NCBI GenBank assembly: GCA_963845245.1
Contig: CAWJRJ010000024.1
Span: forward strand, 96,001-160,000
Length of the DNA stretch: 64,000 nucleotides
Reading direction: 5' to 3'
Source of the DNA: Nitrospirota bacterium
GTDB taxonomy: Bacteria; Nitrospirota; JACRHJ01
A model generated the notes under the pieces. That model saw only the letters and a list, made by a program, of their open reading frames with translations. It was not told the DNA's origin and did not search any database. Positions 49,484 to 59,739 of the stretch are shown piece after piece. Every line of letters begins with the position of its first letter. Positions within the stretch are counted from its first letter, which is position 1. The position numbers and the translations under genes are program-made.

Positions 49484-51574
49484 TTACCACCAGTTCGGCG
49501 TGCTCCTGTTTGAAGCGTGGCATCTAACATTTGAGCAAGTTACATTCGAGCCGGATGTCGTTACATTAATGGTGAAGTTGCCGCCGCCGCAGGCCGCATT
49601 TCCGTTACCCTGAAGCGTGACGGTGTTAGACTTGTGATTGGGGTCATACACGTGACACTTGCCGCACCTTGTCGGGTCGTTAACCATCGTGGTATAGTCG
49701 TCGGTCGCCGCATTGTATCCGGTCGCAGGCAGATGTATGTAGGTAGCTCCGTCGGCCCTGACTGAGTGGCCGTTTCCAGCAGGCCAGTCGTTCGTGGCAG
49801 AACCCGGATACGGGTGGCATGTGTCGCAGCTCAATATGCTGGGACCGCTCCAATTCCTGCTGCCTGTCGTGCTGTGGCAGGCGACATTAGCACAGCTATC
49901 GTCGGCAGTACTGACCTTGCCTGTCGTGCCGCCGTTGCTCCACGTACCGCCGTTCCAGTAGATCGGCGAGGATGTATCGATATAAGCAGTATCCAGGTTC
50001 TCCGGATGCGGGGTGCCGGGCTTGGTGCCGTGACAGGTGCCGCAGGCGGCCTGACCGCTCAAGCCGAACTTGGTAAGAATATATCCCATATGATTGGCAT
50101 GCTTGTCGCCATCGCCGGGCCATCCGTAGGAGGTAGGAACACTGCCGGCAGCAGGCGGCATCCCGTGGCAGGTGGTGCATCCGGTGGCCTGGAAGCCGCT
50201 TGCATGCGAGTGGCACTTCAGGCAGTTGTCGGATGTATGATGTGTCGTACCGGTATTGTCCGACTTGTGATAGGTGGTAGCCGCGTGGCAGGCTTCGCAG
50301 ACACTCGTTCCGTTCTGGTTGCCGAAGCTGTTGTCGCCGGAGAATGTGCGGAATGTGATAGTCTTTCCGTTTATCACGTTCTTTATAAGCATTATGTTGT
50401 TGTCGTTATGGGTACCGTGGCAGTCAATGCAGACGGTCGGGGTCAAATGCTTGGCACCGTTGTGGATGTTGACCGAACCAGCCGTTGTGAAGCCGTCAAG
50501 CCTCGTCTTGTGGCAGTCGCCACAGAGCCTCTGGTCGTCCGACTCACGCATTATCTGGCCATTTTTGGAAGCAGCGTTGTGGGGGTCGTGGCAGGAGGTG
50601 CATAATACCTTGCCATCCTCCAAATATGCGTTGCCTGTTGCAGAAGATTTGAGGGTGTTATTAAGGCCTGACCTGTTGCCGTAAGTTACGTTGACCGGGT
50701 GGCCGTTCTTGGCGCCGGTGCCGGGTTCGTGCGAAACGCTACGTGAGAGGCGGTCGTTGTGACAATCGAAGCATATTGCATTCGCCGTGTTGTCTACCCT
50801 CATGTACGGCTGTGGGATCTCCACATATATATACTTTCCGGCCTGAGAGGTGTTAAAGGTGATAGTGGCGCTAAGGGGATTATAGGTATACTCTGACGGG
50901 TCCACAAGATACGTCAGGTTTATGTAACGTGTATTAGTAGGCCTTGCTAAGACCGGGGATGATGAACGATAGACCTTTATATACTTGGCAAGGTACTGGG
51001 AGGTGTTGGGATAGCCGGATATGGTGTAGCTGTTGCCGCTCTGAAGGGTCGCTGAAACCCAGTTCTCGATGTTCTGGGTGACGGGGGTGGTCACCTTGGT
51101 CATGGCGCTATGGCAGGTCTGGCATGTGACCCGGTGATCCGTACCCGGCATTTTGACAGTCCCGTTGAAACCAGTTGCGGTCGGGGTGCGGGTCCCGGCA
51201 TTAAGGTTCTTGCCGTTCCAGCTGTGCGAATCGCCGGCATTGCCTATCTGGATGGTCGTGCTACCATGATATAAATTGTTGGACGGTGAGCCCGCGGACT
51301 TGTTGTGAGCCTCGCCAGATGTGTTGTGGCAGGTAAGGCAATAGTTGGTCATGTCCGCTGAGCCTCCCGTACCAAGGTCGGCGGGCAAGAACGTGTTCCT
51401 TGTCAGATGGCATGCCGCACCACTGCTGCAGCCCCCGTAATAGCGTCCAGTGTTTGAGGTGTCGCTTACATCAGGCCGGTAGTCCGCATGGGGACCATCC
51501 ACCGCGCCAGCGATGCTATAGGCGCCTGTCAGTATTGCCAGGGCTATCATCACCGTAAATAACGTCCTTTTCAT
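49484..51574 (-). CDS. Exported multiheme c-type cytochrome (15 heme motifs)
   Basis: Signal peptide. 12 CxxCH (including the doubled CTSCHDPH...LCGDCH), 2 Cx4CH and 1 Cx5CH. Ends TPNWW. Confidence 0.9.
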   Translation of the reverse strand: MKRTLFTVMIALAILTGAYSIAGAVDGPHADYRPDVSDTSNTGRYYGGCSSGAACHLTRNTFLPADLGTGGSADMTNYCLTCHNTSGEAHNKSAGSPSNNLYHGSTTIQIGNAGDSHSWNGKNLNAGTRTPTATGFNGTVKMPGTDHRVTCQTCHSAMTKVTTPVTQNIENWVSATLQSGNSYTISGYPNTSQYLAKYIKVYRSSSPVLARPTNTRYINLTYLVDPSEYTYNPLSATITFNTSQAGKYIYVEIPQPYMRVDNTANAICFDCHNDRLSRSVSHEPGTGAKNGHPVNVTYGNRSGLNNTLKSSATGNAYLEDGKVLCTSCHDPHNAASKNGQIMRESDDQRLCGDCHKTRLDGFTTAGSVNIHNGAKHLTPTVCIDCHGTHNDNNIMLIKNVINGKTITFRTFSGDNSFGNQNGTSVCEACHAATTYHKSDNTGTTHHTSDNCLKCHSHASGFQATGCTTCHGMPPAAGSVPTSYGWPGDGDKHANHMGYILTKFGLSGQAACGTCHGTKPGTPHPENLDTAYIDTSSPIYWNGGTWSNGGTTGKVSTADDSCANVACHSTTGSRNWSGPSILSCDTCHPYPGSATNDWPAGNGHSVRADGATYIHLPATGYNAATDDYTTMVNDPTRCGKCHVYDPNHKSNTVTLQGNGNAACGGGNFTINVTTSGSNVTCSNVRCHASNRSTPNWW

Positions 51575-51708
51575 GTTTACACCGCCTTTTCTAAAAAATA
51601 AGGGTTATATTTGAATCCTAAACCTGATTTTTGCTTAGTTTTCTATAAATAGTGTTAGCCCAAAATTACAGCTATATACTTAATGAAAATACTTGTATTG
51701 ATAACGTA

Positions 51709-51724
51709 TGCAAATAATATACCC
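51709..51724 (-). promoter_or_regulatory. Candidate sigma54 promoter for the cytochrome operon
   Basis: Minus strand GGGTATATTATTTGCA (GG-N10-GC) in an AT-rich intergenic region downstream of a sigma54 activator gene. Confidence 0.5.
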
Positions 51725-51851
51725 GATAAGAGTAAGCATTTATTCTAAAACTTAACAGCAATTGCACCTATCTTTATAAGACATTGATTTCACTAAAATA
51801 CCAAACATACTGTATGCATACATCAGCTGTATACCCTAGTACAACTTAATC

Positions 51852-51880
51852 AAAAAAAAACTGCGGGTTACGCAGTTTTT
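51852..51880 (-). terminator. Palindrome AAAAACTGCG-GGTTA-CGCAGTTTTT: terminator of the regulator gene and/or enhancer site
   Basis: Perfect 10-bp inverted repeat with T9 on the minus strand, ~135 bp upstream of the candidate -24/-12 box. Confidence 0.5.
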
Positions 51881-51992
51881 AGAGGGACGGGCTATTTTTA
51901 GGTTTAATTATTAAGACATCAGGAAGAAACAGGGGAGAAATAAGAGATTTGTGCGTAAACACTCATCGGTCAATGAGTGAATTCACTCAAAT

Positions 51993-53369
51993 CTATAGCA
52001 GGCCAAACTTCTTCATCCTGCGGCGGAATGCATCTCTTTGTACACCGAGGAGGTCTGCAGCTTTGCTCTGGTTTCCGCCAGCAACCGAAAGCGCCTGTTT
52101 TACCAGTTCCTCCTCAACCCTCTCTAGAGACATACCGTCCGTGGGTATGCTTAGACCCGCGCTATCGACTTTAGGGGCTGGAATGCTACTGGAGACAAGC
52201 TCTATTGGCAGGTGTTCAAGTAGTAAGATATCCTCACTTTCGAGTATCATGGCGCGCTCAATTACGTTTTTAAGTTCACGGACATTGCCAGGCCACTCGT
52301 ACTGAACCAGGAACTCCCTGGCCTTCTCGGAGATCTCTTTGACATTTTTGTGGAATTCCGTATTAAACGTCTCTATAAAATGTTTTGCCAGCGGTAGTAT
52401 GTCCTCCTTGCGCTCACGCAGCGGAGGCAGAAAAATGGGGACTACCTGAAGCCGGTAATAGAGGTCTTTCCTGAACCTGCCCTCATCCATTAGCCTCTTC
52501 ACGTCCTGGTTTGTAGCGGATATTATCCTGACATCCACAGATATATCTTTAGAGCCGCCTACTCGCTTAAAGGTCCTATCCTCTAATACCCGGAGCAGTT
52601 TTGCCTGCATGGAGTAAGCCATATCCCCGACTTCGTCCAAAAATACGGACCCGCCGTCCGCAAGCTCAAGCAGCCCCTTTTTCTGGACCTTGGCGTCAGT
52701 AAATGCCCCTTTCTCGTGCCCCAGGAGTTCGGACTCAAGCAGGTTTTCAGGCAGGGCGGCGCAGTTTATAGCCATAAAGGGTTTGTCGGCCCTGGAACTG
52801 CCCATATGCACGGCTCTGGCTACCAGCTCCTTACCAGTCCCTGACTCTCCCTGAATCAAAACAGTGGTGGCGTCCGACTGGGCTATCTTGCGTATCATGT
52901 CCAAAACACCCTGTATTGCCGCACTTTTCCCGATTATGTTATATGCCTTGAGACTTGATTTCTGCTGCTCCTTAAGAATCCGCACCTCTTCACGGAGAGA
53001 CTTGGTCTCAAGCGCTTTTTTTATGGTCAGTGTTATCTCATCCAAGTTGAAAGGCTTGCTAATATAGTCGAAGGCTCCAAGTTTCATTGCCTTTACGGCT
53101 GTCTCCAGAAGGCCATGGGCGGTAATCATTATTACTACTATATCCTTGTCGACCTCCTTTATTTTCCCAAGGACGTCTATTCCCATCATTCCGGGTAGCT
53201 GGTTATCAAGCAAAACAAGATGCGGCATGACATCAGGAAGAAGTTCAAGCGCCTTTTCACCGCTTTCGGCTGTTACTGTCTCGTATCCTTCCTTTTTTAG
53301 ATGCTGTTCGAGTGTCCATCTGATAAGGTGCTCGTCATCGACAACCAATATTTTTGCCTTGTCCATCAT
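51993..53369 (-). CDS. sigma54-dependent response regulator (NtrC family)
   Basis: REC domain, GESGTGKE, ESELLGHEKGAFTDA, FLDEVG, WPGNVREL and a Fis-type HTH. Confidence 0.95.
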   Translation of the reverse strand: MMDKAKILVVDDEHLIRWTLEQHLKKEGYETVTAESGEKALELLPDVMPHLVLLDNQLPGMMGIDVLGKIKEVDKDIVVIMITAHGLLETAVKAMKLGAFDYISKPFNLDEITLTIKKALETKSLREEVRILKEQQKSSLKAYNIIGKSAAIQGVLDMIRKIAQSDATTVLIQGESGTGKELVARAVHMGSSRADKPFMAINCAALPENLLESELLGHEKGAFTDAKVQKKGLLELADGGSVFLDEVGDMAYSMQAKLLRVLEDRTFKRVGGSKDISVDVRIISATNQDVKRLMDEGRFRKDLYYRLQVVPIFLPPLRERKEDILPLAKHFIETFNTEFHKNVKEISEKAREFLVQYEWPGNVRELKNVIERAMILESEDILLLEHLPIELVSSSIPAPKVDSAGLSIPTDGMSLERVEEELVKQALSVAGGNQSKAADLLGVQRDAFRRRMKKFGLL

Positions 53370-53388
53370 TTTCCTCTGTCCTGTCCCC

Positions 53389-54945
53389 TTAACCTGTTAA
53401 AGCCGGAAAGCCTTCTTTGATAACCGGCAGATATATGGTAAAAGTTGTGCCATTCCCCGGGGATGAATCGACAGTGATCCCCCCTCCGTGCTGTTCGACT
53501 ATCTTTTGGGTAATTGACAATCCCAACCCCGTCCCCTGTTGCCTTGTGGTGAAGAAGGGATTAAATATCTTGTCGAGGTTCTCCACGTTGATACCCTTGC
53601 CCGTATCAGTAATACAAACTGCAAGGGCCTCATGTCTGGCCTCCGGATGGTTGAGTAGGTCGTCCTTGTCCTCGGCATGCCCCATTCTGTGCAAGACATA
53701 GTCCGACGTTATCTCAGCTTTGGTCTTGATGACAAGCTCTCCCCCACCCTGCATGGCCTGTACCCCGTTCAGGATGATGTTCAAAAAGACCTGTTGGAGA
53801 AGTTCCGGGTCACCGGAAATTTTGGGCATGTTTTCCGAATATTCTTTCCGCAGCCGCACCCCGTTTTTTCCGAACTGTGGTGTAAGAAATGCGGTTATTT
53901 TATCGAGTAGGACATTTATGTCAACCTGGGTCAGGTTGGGCATCGGAGGCCTTGAAAATGACAAAAGGTTTTTCACCGCCTTGTCGAGCCGGTCTATCTG
54001 GTCAAGTACCTCCTTGATTATGGTCTGCCTGGTATCGTCCTCAGGAAGGTCCCGACCGAGTATTTGTATCACTCCCGCTATGCCGGCCAGAGGGTTCTTT
54101 ATCTCGTGTGCTATACCAGCGGCCATCTCGCCCACCGTAGCAAGCCGGTCAGCCTTTTTCATCTGTTCATAATGGAGCTTTTCAACCTTTTTCTTCGCTT
54201 TGTTCAACTTTATAATCATTGAGTTGAAACTGTGGGCTAGTCGGCCAAGCTCGTCCTCGGAGGTGACCTTGGCCCGTACGTCAAGACCCTCTTCGGCCTT
54301 TGCCATGGTGTTCATCAGGTCTGTTATAGGGTTCGTAACTATTTTGGAAAGGAGCGCGGAAAGGGCCAGTGCCAAGGAGAATATTATGGCTATGGCCCAG
54401 ATTACCATGGTCTTTTTGAGCCTGCCAACGTGCTCCTTCATTTCGGCGAGAGAAACGTCGACCTCAAGGACTCCATTGACCTTTTGGCTAGGAACATGGC
54501 AGTGAAAACATTCCGGCCTGTTAAGAATCGGCCTGAAGTTCCTGAGCATAGTCTCGCCCTTTTCATCCTTATCCTCTATGATGAAGCTTGGTTCATCCTC
54601 GAGGTTCCTGGAACTGAAGTCCAGGCTGGCTTTTTTCCCGATCTCATAAACCCTTGCCGAACGAAGTATGGTGCCTTCGGTGTCGAGAAGCCGGACACCA
54701 CCTATCTTGTTGTGTGTACCAACCATTTCCACTATGCGCTGCACGTCGTGGCTTCGGCCTTCAAGCATTGCGGTGTTAAGCGAGCGCTCGATGGTATTTG
54801 CAAGGATCGTAACTTTTTCCTCTGTAAGCTTCCTTAGCTCATGTATCTGAAAATCTATGCTCAGCCATGTGCCAAAACCAATGGCTGTGACGATCACCGC
54901 TATTGTGAATACTGTTATCTTGGTCTTCAGACTTCTAAAAAACAT
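53389..54945 (-). CDS. Sensor histidine kinase with a periplasmic c-type heme motif and a HAMP domain
   Basis: Two TMs flank a domain containing CFHCH. HAMP (DELGRLAHSFN), H-box AHEIKNPL, and N/G1/F/G2 boxes. Confidence 0.92.
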   Translation of the reverse strand: MFFRSLKTKITVFTIAVIVTAIGFGTWLSIDFQIHELRKLTEEKVTILANTIERSLNTAMLEGRSHDVQRIVEMVGTHNKIGGVRLLDTEGTILRSARVYEIGKKASLDFSSRNLEDEPSFIIEDKDEKGETMLRNFRPILNRPECFHCHVPSQKVNGVLEVDVSLAEMKEHVGRLKKTMVIWAIAIIFSLALALSALLSKIVTNPITDLMNTMAKAEEGLDVRAKVTSEDELGRLAHSFNSMIIKLNKAKKKVEKLHYEQMKKADRLATVGEMAAGIAHEIKNPLAGIAGVIQILGRDLPEDDTRQTIIKEVLDQIDRLDKAVKNLLSFSRPPMPNLTQVDINVLLDKITAFLTPQFGKNGVRLRKEYSENMPKISGDPELLQQVFLNIILNGVQAMQGGGELVIKTKAEITSDYVLHRMGHAEDKDDLLNHPEARHEALAVCITDTGKGINVENLDKIFNPFFTTRQQGTGLGLSITQKIVEQHGGGITVDSSPGNGTTFTIYLPVIKEGFPALTG

Positions 54946-54963
54946 CTACCCTCTTAATAATAA

Positions 54964-55554
54964 CTATTGCTGGCCTGGCACTGGTGTCGGGCTTGGCGCC
55001 GGTGTCGGGCCCGGCGCCGGCGTTTGACCCGGCGGCGTTGTCTGGCCAGGCGTCAGTATAGGTTGACCCGGCGCGCCCGGAACGTACTTGAATATCCACT
55101 CGGAGTACTTGGTCTTACCCTTGAAATCGGAGTCGACAAGGTCGAAGTTATCTTGTTTTAGTGGCTCAGCGTCGCTTGCGCTGTGCACACCTATTATGCG
55201 GCCATTGTCCCCTAGGACAAGCACCCAGTCGTCCTTGCCCGTCATGGGATCTGTATATATCTGCCTCAGGTACCTCTTGACTCCAGCACTCCTGGGATCT
55301 TTAATAAGGTCGTTAAGCTCTGTCGGGTAAGGGGTTGGATGACCCTGTGGAACGGCATAGCTTCTCGAATAGAGACCAATAGCATTTCTAAACTGGTGGC
55401 CCCGCCAGATAAGTTCCTTCTCCTTTTCCGCCTTTGATGCAGCCCGCCAGCTTGGCCCGACAATGCCTGTCATAATGCCGATGATGATCATCGCGATGAG
55501 AAGCCCCAAATAGGTAAAACCAGCGGTTCCAGATACCCTGTTCATACTCACCAC
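54964..55554 (-). CDS. Type II secretion pseudopilin-like protein with a Pro/Thr-rich tail
   Basis: Prepilin site G|FTYLGLLI, plus YPTELNDL and RYLRQIYTDPMTG. Confidence 0.85.
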   Translation of the reverse strand: MVSMNRVSGTAGFTYLGLLIAMIIIGIMTGIVGPSWRAASKAEKEKELIWRGHQFRNAIGLYSRSYAVPQGHPTPYPTELNDLIKDPRSAGVKRYLRQIYTDPMTGKDDWVLVLGDNGRIIGVHSASDAEPLKQDNFDLVDSDFKGKTKYSEWIFKYVPGAPGQPILTPGQTTPPGQTPAPGPTPAPSPTPVPGQQ

Positions 55555-55952
55555 TCGTTATACGGTTTCCCATTCAGCCCAACTGCGGTACTGTTGCTGT
55601 GGACATCGTATATTCCGCCAGCAGGCTCGTCAGGGTTGCTGCTCTCAAATGGGACTGTTTGCCATTGGTTAGAGTTTGTCATCGGGTCAACAGGCACACC
55701 CCGCATATAACCTTTGGTTACAACGTCATCAAGGCTATCCGGATATTTGCCATTATCCGCATAATACTGGTCAAGGACACTCCTTAGGTTGTAGAGGTCT
55801 TCCTTGAGTGCCGCCTCCCTTGATTTTGTCACCGCCGTCTTGTAGCTCGGCTGTGCAAGGGTGGCCAATATGCCTATAATGGCGATGACTATCATTAGTT
55901 CAAGCAGGGTAAAACCTTTTTCGCCTAACCTTTTAAACATTTTAACCGCCAT
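55548..55952 (-). CDS. Type II secretion major pseudopilin GspG-like
   Basis: G|FTLLELMIV, REAALKEDL, YPDSLDDV and VPVDPMT. Confidence 0.88.
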   Translation of the reverse strand: MAVKMFKRLGEKGFTLLELMIVIAIIGILATLAQPSYKTAVTKSREAALKEDLYNLRSVLDQYYADNGKYPDSLDDVVTKGYMRGVPVDPMTNSNQWQTVPFESSNPDEPAGGIYDVHSNSTAVGLNGKPYNEW

Positions 55953-55953
55953 T

Positions 55954-56451
55954 CTACCAGTCTTTGTATTTCGTCCCGTCAAGGGCCGTCTCTTCGCTCA
56001 GGGAGTAAACGTCAAAGACGTCTTGTCCACCCCAAGTTGAGCTGTCCGGCTCGTCCTCATTACTCCTTTTTCCCCATTCCGTATTACCCGTCATCGGGTC
56101 TACCGGGATCCTCCTCAATATCCGTATTTTGGAGGGGAGGGGTGCGGCCGAAGCGCTGCCCGGTATCGGAGCAGTGTTGGTTATTATTATGAGCTTGGTC
56201 AGGTCCTCCAGCGTCTTGGGGTAACCTGTCCCGCCCGCCTCGCGCGGTATCCTGCCTTCTTCGGAAAGCTTCTTGTAATAATCGATCCCGTCCCTCATAA
56301 TCCGGAGCTCCCGCCTAAGGGCTATCTCCTTTGACCTCTTGACAGAAACCCTGAATATAGGCATGGCAACGGAGGCAAGCACTGATATCACCGCCATCAC
56401 CACTACTAGTTCGGTCAGTGTTATGCCCTTTACGCACTTAAAAATTCGCAT
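55954..56451 (-). CDS. Type II secretion pseudopilin
   Basis: G|ITLTELVVV, GYPKTLEDL, LRRIPVDPMTG and DVFDVYS. Confidence 0.88.
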   Translation of the reverse strand: MRIFKCVKGITLTELVVVMAVISVLASVAMPIFRVSVKRSKEIALRRELRIMRDGIDYYKKLSEEGRIPREAGGTGYPKTLEDLTKLIIITNTAPIPGSASAAPLPSKIRILRRIPVDPMTGNTEWGKRSNEDEPDSSTWGGQDVFDVYSLSEETALDGTKYKDW

Positions 56452-56462
56452 TATACATCCTG

Positions 56463-58864
56463 CTACTTTATATACAGGGTCCCGGTTTTTAGGTCAGCGC
56501 TTACGGGTTGTTTGTTCGCGTCTTTAAGCATGTTCTGCTTGAACACGAGCGGGCTGATCCCAGGCGCCTTACCCTTGAACGTAAGAGAGAATAGTTTGCC
56601 GGAACCTGAGACCCCCTGTACTTTCCCAAGTCTGGTAATGAATACGTCAATGAAGCCGACCTTGTCATTAGCCGTGGCAGTAAAAGAGGTCGGCTTACCA
56701 TCCACTTTCATAAAATCTCCCTCCTCGGCCTTAACGAACTCTACAAGCTTGGGGTTGTATATTATTGAAAGTGGGGCTTCGAACACCGAATCAAGGTCTG
56801 TAGCCATCACGTCAACAGTGAGCTCCTGCCCAACTTCAACCGGCACGACTTCCGGGGCAAAACTTATAACGCCAACCCGCCCGATCTTCTGGGAAGGCAT
56901 TGCAGGTGACTGGCCTTCTGGGAGCTCGGTTTTCTTGGGCTTACCGGGCTGCACAGGCTGGCCAGGTTGGGGCTGTGCCGTAGTAGGCCTGACTACCACC
57001 TGTTCATCATCTTCCGGCACAGAGAGTTTCTCTTTCTTCTCCTCAAATAGCGGCTTGGTATCAAACGCCTCCTCAGTGCCTGAGTAAAAGGACGAGTAAT
57101 CATCGGAGGGTAACACCTGCGGGCGGACGATATGCGGCGTCATGGTCATAATAATCTCATTCTTTGAGTTTGGCCCGATGGTATTAGTAGAGAATATCTT
57201 GCCTAATATCGGTACATCCATAACACCTGCAATTCCACTGATATTGTTAGATTGTCAAGGTGTCGAGGAGGCCGCCTATTACCACCGTCTCGCCGTCCTT
57301 CAGGCTCAGGACCGACTCCGCGGTGTTGGTATTGAAGGTCGGCTGGGAAAAACCGCCAACCGTCTATATTTTGTCCAAGGGAACTCACCTCCAGTGTAGT
57401 CTTCAGTTTCACGCTGTTGTCCAGGCCTATGTCCGGCTCGACTGTGAGCTTAATGCCGACGTCCCTGTATTCAAAAGCAGTAGTGGTGCCCGCCGTGCCG
57501 GCATAGGTCGTCTGACCGGTCTGAACAGGTATCCTGCGGCCAATTAGTATCTTGGCCGGCTTGTTGTTGAGTACGCGGATACTCGGGTTAGTAAGTGTCT
57601 CATTGTGACACCTGCCCGCTCCCCAGTTTGCGGTCACGCTGGGGTATTGGAACCAGGTATTTTGCTTTATCGACTTGCTGTTTTTCAGGCCGTTGTTGAA
57701 ATCGAGCACATTCGTAATTACGCTACCTATTGCGGTAGGAGCAGTTGAAGGTCCAACTCAGGCTACGCCATACTAGGTGGTATATATGTGCCGGTAACGC
57801 TCTGGGGCAGTGTAAGACCATATGTGAGGTTTTCGCTTCTGTCTACAGACATGACCTGAACGTCTATGACAACCTCGGAGTCTTTGCGGTCGTTGACCTT
57901 TATCAGCTTCTCGGCGAGCTTAAGCTTCTCCGGGGTCTCCCTAAGCGTAATTGAATTCAGCTGATCGTTAACTATGACCTTCCTCGTCTCGAGCATGGTC
58001 CTGATTATGTTGACCATGTCCTTGGCCTGGATGCTGGAGAGGTAGAAAGTCTTTATCATGAGGTCCTGGTACTGGTCCTGCTTCGATTTTGTCTTCGGTA
58101 TTATTATTATCGCGTCCTGCGCTATCTTCTTCATAAAGAGCTTGTTCGTCGCAAGCAGAAGCCCCAGGGCCTGTTTGAAGGATATGTCTTTGGCGAAAAC
58201 GGTCACCGGCTGGTCTTTTACATCGTCGTCGAAAAGTATGCTGACGCCTGATAGTTTGGAGAGGAACTCGAAGACCTCCTTAAGCTTGGCGTCCTTGAAG
58301 CTGAGGGTTATCGGCTGGTCCGATGCAAGGGTAAGGCCCTCTTCATCGGTCCCGCTGAGCGCGGCCTTCTGTCTTGTTATCTTCTCGATGTACGACTTCG
58401 CTTCCGGCTGTTCAGGGTCAACCTCCAAAGTCTTTGAGAACTCATCCAAAGCTTCGTTGGGACGGCCCGCGTAATAAAAGTTCCGGCCTGCCGCAAGGTG
58501 TCCTTGCAGTTCCTTTAACTTCCCGGCCTCCTTTAAGAGCTGCGCTGCCCGACCGTTGTCCGGCGAGAGGAGAAGGGCCTGCTGGGATTCGTATATGGCC
58601 ACTTCTGCGTTTTTCGAGTCCAGGTACTGGGCTGCCCTGTTCACGTGCATGCTGTGTGGCATCCCTTTGAGCAGCAATCAGATGCGTCTTATAGGTTACG
58701 TTCTCGGGGTCCTCCTGCAGGGCCTGCCTGTAATAAGCCACCGCGCGGTCCAGGTCGCCCTCCACAACCATCTTATCACCCTTCTTGGCGGCGATGTCGC
58801 CTGCACACCCCGAAAACGCAAGCGCGAGAATTATAAGAATAAAAAGCCTGGCAGCTTTGACCAT
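56463..58864 (-). CDS. Lipoprotein secretin (GspD-like) with N-terminal TPRs and a C-terminal cohesin domain; several frameshifts
   Basis: Lipobox FSGC, TPRs, an STN domain (ITLSFKDA), the secretin core (NPSIRV, YRDVGIKL, PILGKIF, TPHIV) and a cohesin-like tail (YNPKLVEF, GSGKLFSLTF). Confidence 0.82.
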
Positions 58865-58882
58865 TATACCCCCCTTACAACA

Positions 58883-59739
58883 TCATTTAATTGAATAGCC
58901 CCCGACTGGCGGAGGTTGATTTCCTAAACCGGATTGCGTCACGCCGGTACTTGTGACTGGACTTTGAGCGGGCAGCGCCCCACCGCTTCCATATATTCCG
59001 CCGCCGCCATAGGATTCCGGCGTCCTCTGTCCAGGTGAGCGTCCCGGCCCTGGCATGGCACCACCCATACCCGGGTTAGGCTGCTGATAAGCAGGTGCGG
59101 ATGAACCGGCCCGGCCTATGCCAGGAAGCACCACGCTCTTTGCATTCTTTCCGGAAAAATCAGCTGGAACCTTTACCTTGATACCGGTCTTCCTGTCCGA
59201 GACAATCACGGAGTCTTTTGCCACATCCTCCAAGTAGTAGTCTTTAGTTATAACATCGCCTTTTCCAACTATGTAGTTGCTATTTCCAAGGCTTAAAAAA
59301 ACGTCTGTCCTCTGTTTGCGCTTCAAAAAACCAAGCACTTTAACCTTCTGCATCTCTTCCCTTGCGTTTTCAGCGTCGACCTCCTGCTGAGACTTTGGCG
59401 GAGGGGGGGAGGGAGGGGAGGAAGAGGCGTTACAGTGATGGCGCCTTTACCAGGCCTTTTCGACTTAGGCAGAGGCTTCTCAAGAACCGGCTTTTTGTAT
59501 ACAGGAACAAAGATGTTTTTAACGGCTTTGTAAGGCTCGACCGTCCTTTTCAAGAGGTCGACGTCCACCCTTACCGCAGTGATCTTGTCCTTTGTGTCCG
59601 CCACTTTTTTTGCCGGGGCCTGTACGACAACCTTGCCGCTGTTACCACCTTTGAAAAAAGCATAGGCCCAATAAATTACAAGCGCCGAGACAAGCACTGC
59701 GAGGACGATGGCCTTTTTGTTTTCCTTAAACCACATCAT
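58883..59739 (-). CDS. T2SS accessory protein (GspC/PilP-like position); frameshift near 59350-59400
   Basis: N-terminal TM, NIFVP, Pro-rich linker, then KVLGFL...VFLS...YIVGKGDVI. Confidence 0.6.

Noticed and set aside
51575..51990. Cyclic-dinucleotide (GEMM-I) riboswitch in the cytochrome leader, as found in Geobacter
   Set aside because: The region is very AT-rich and no GEMM-like two-hairpin consensus was seen by eye. An Infernal/Rfam scan would be decisive.
54964..55085. Short DNA repeats encoding TPGQ/TPAP
   Set aside because: This is an ordinary low-complexity Pro/Thr tail of a pseudopilin.
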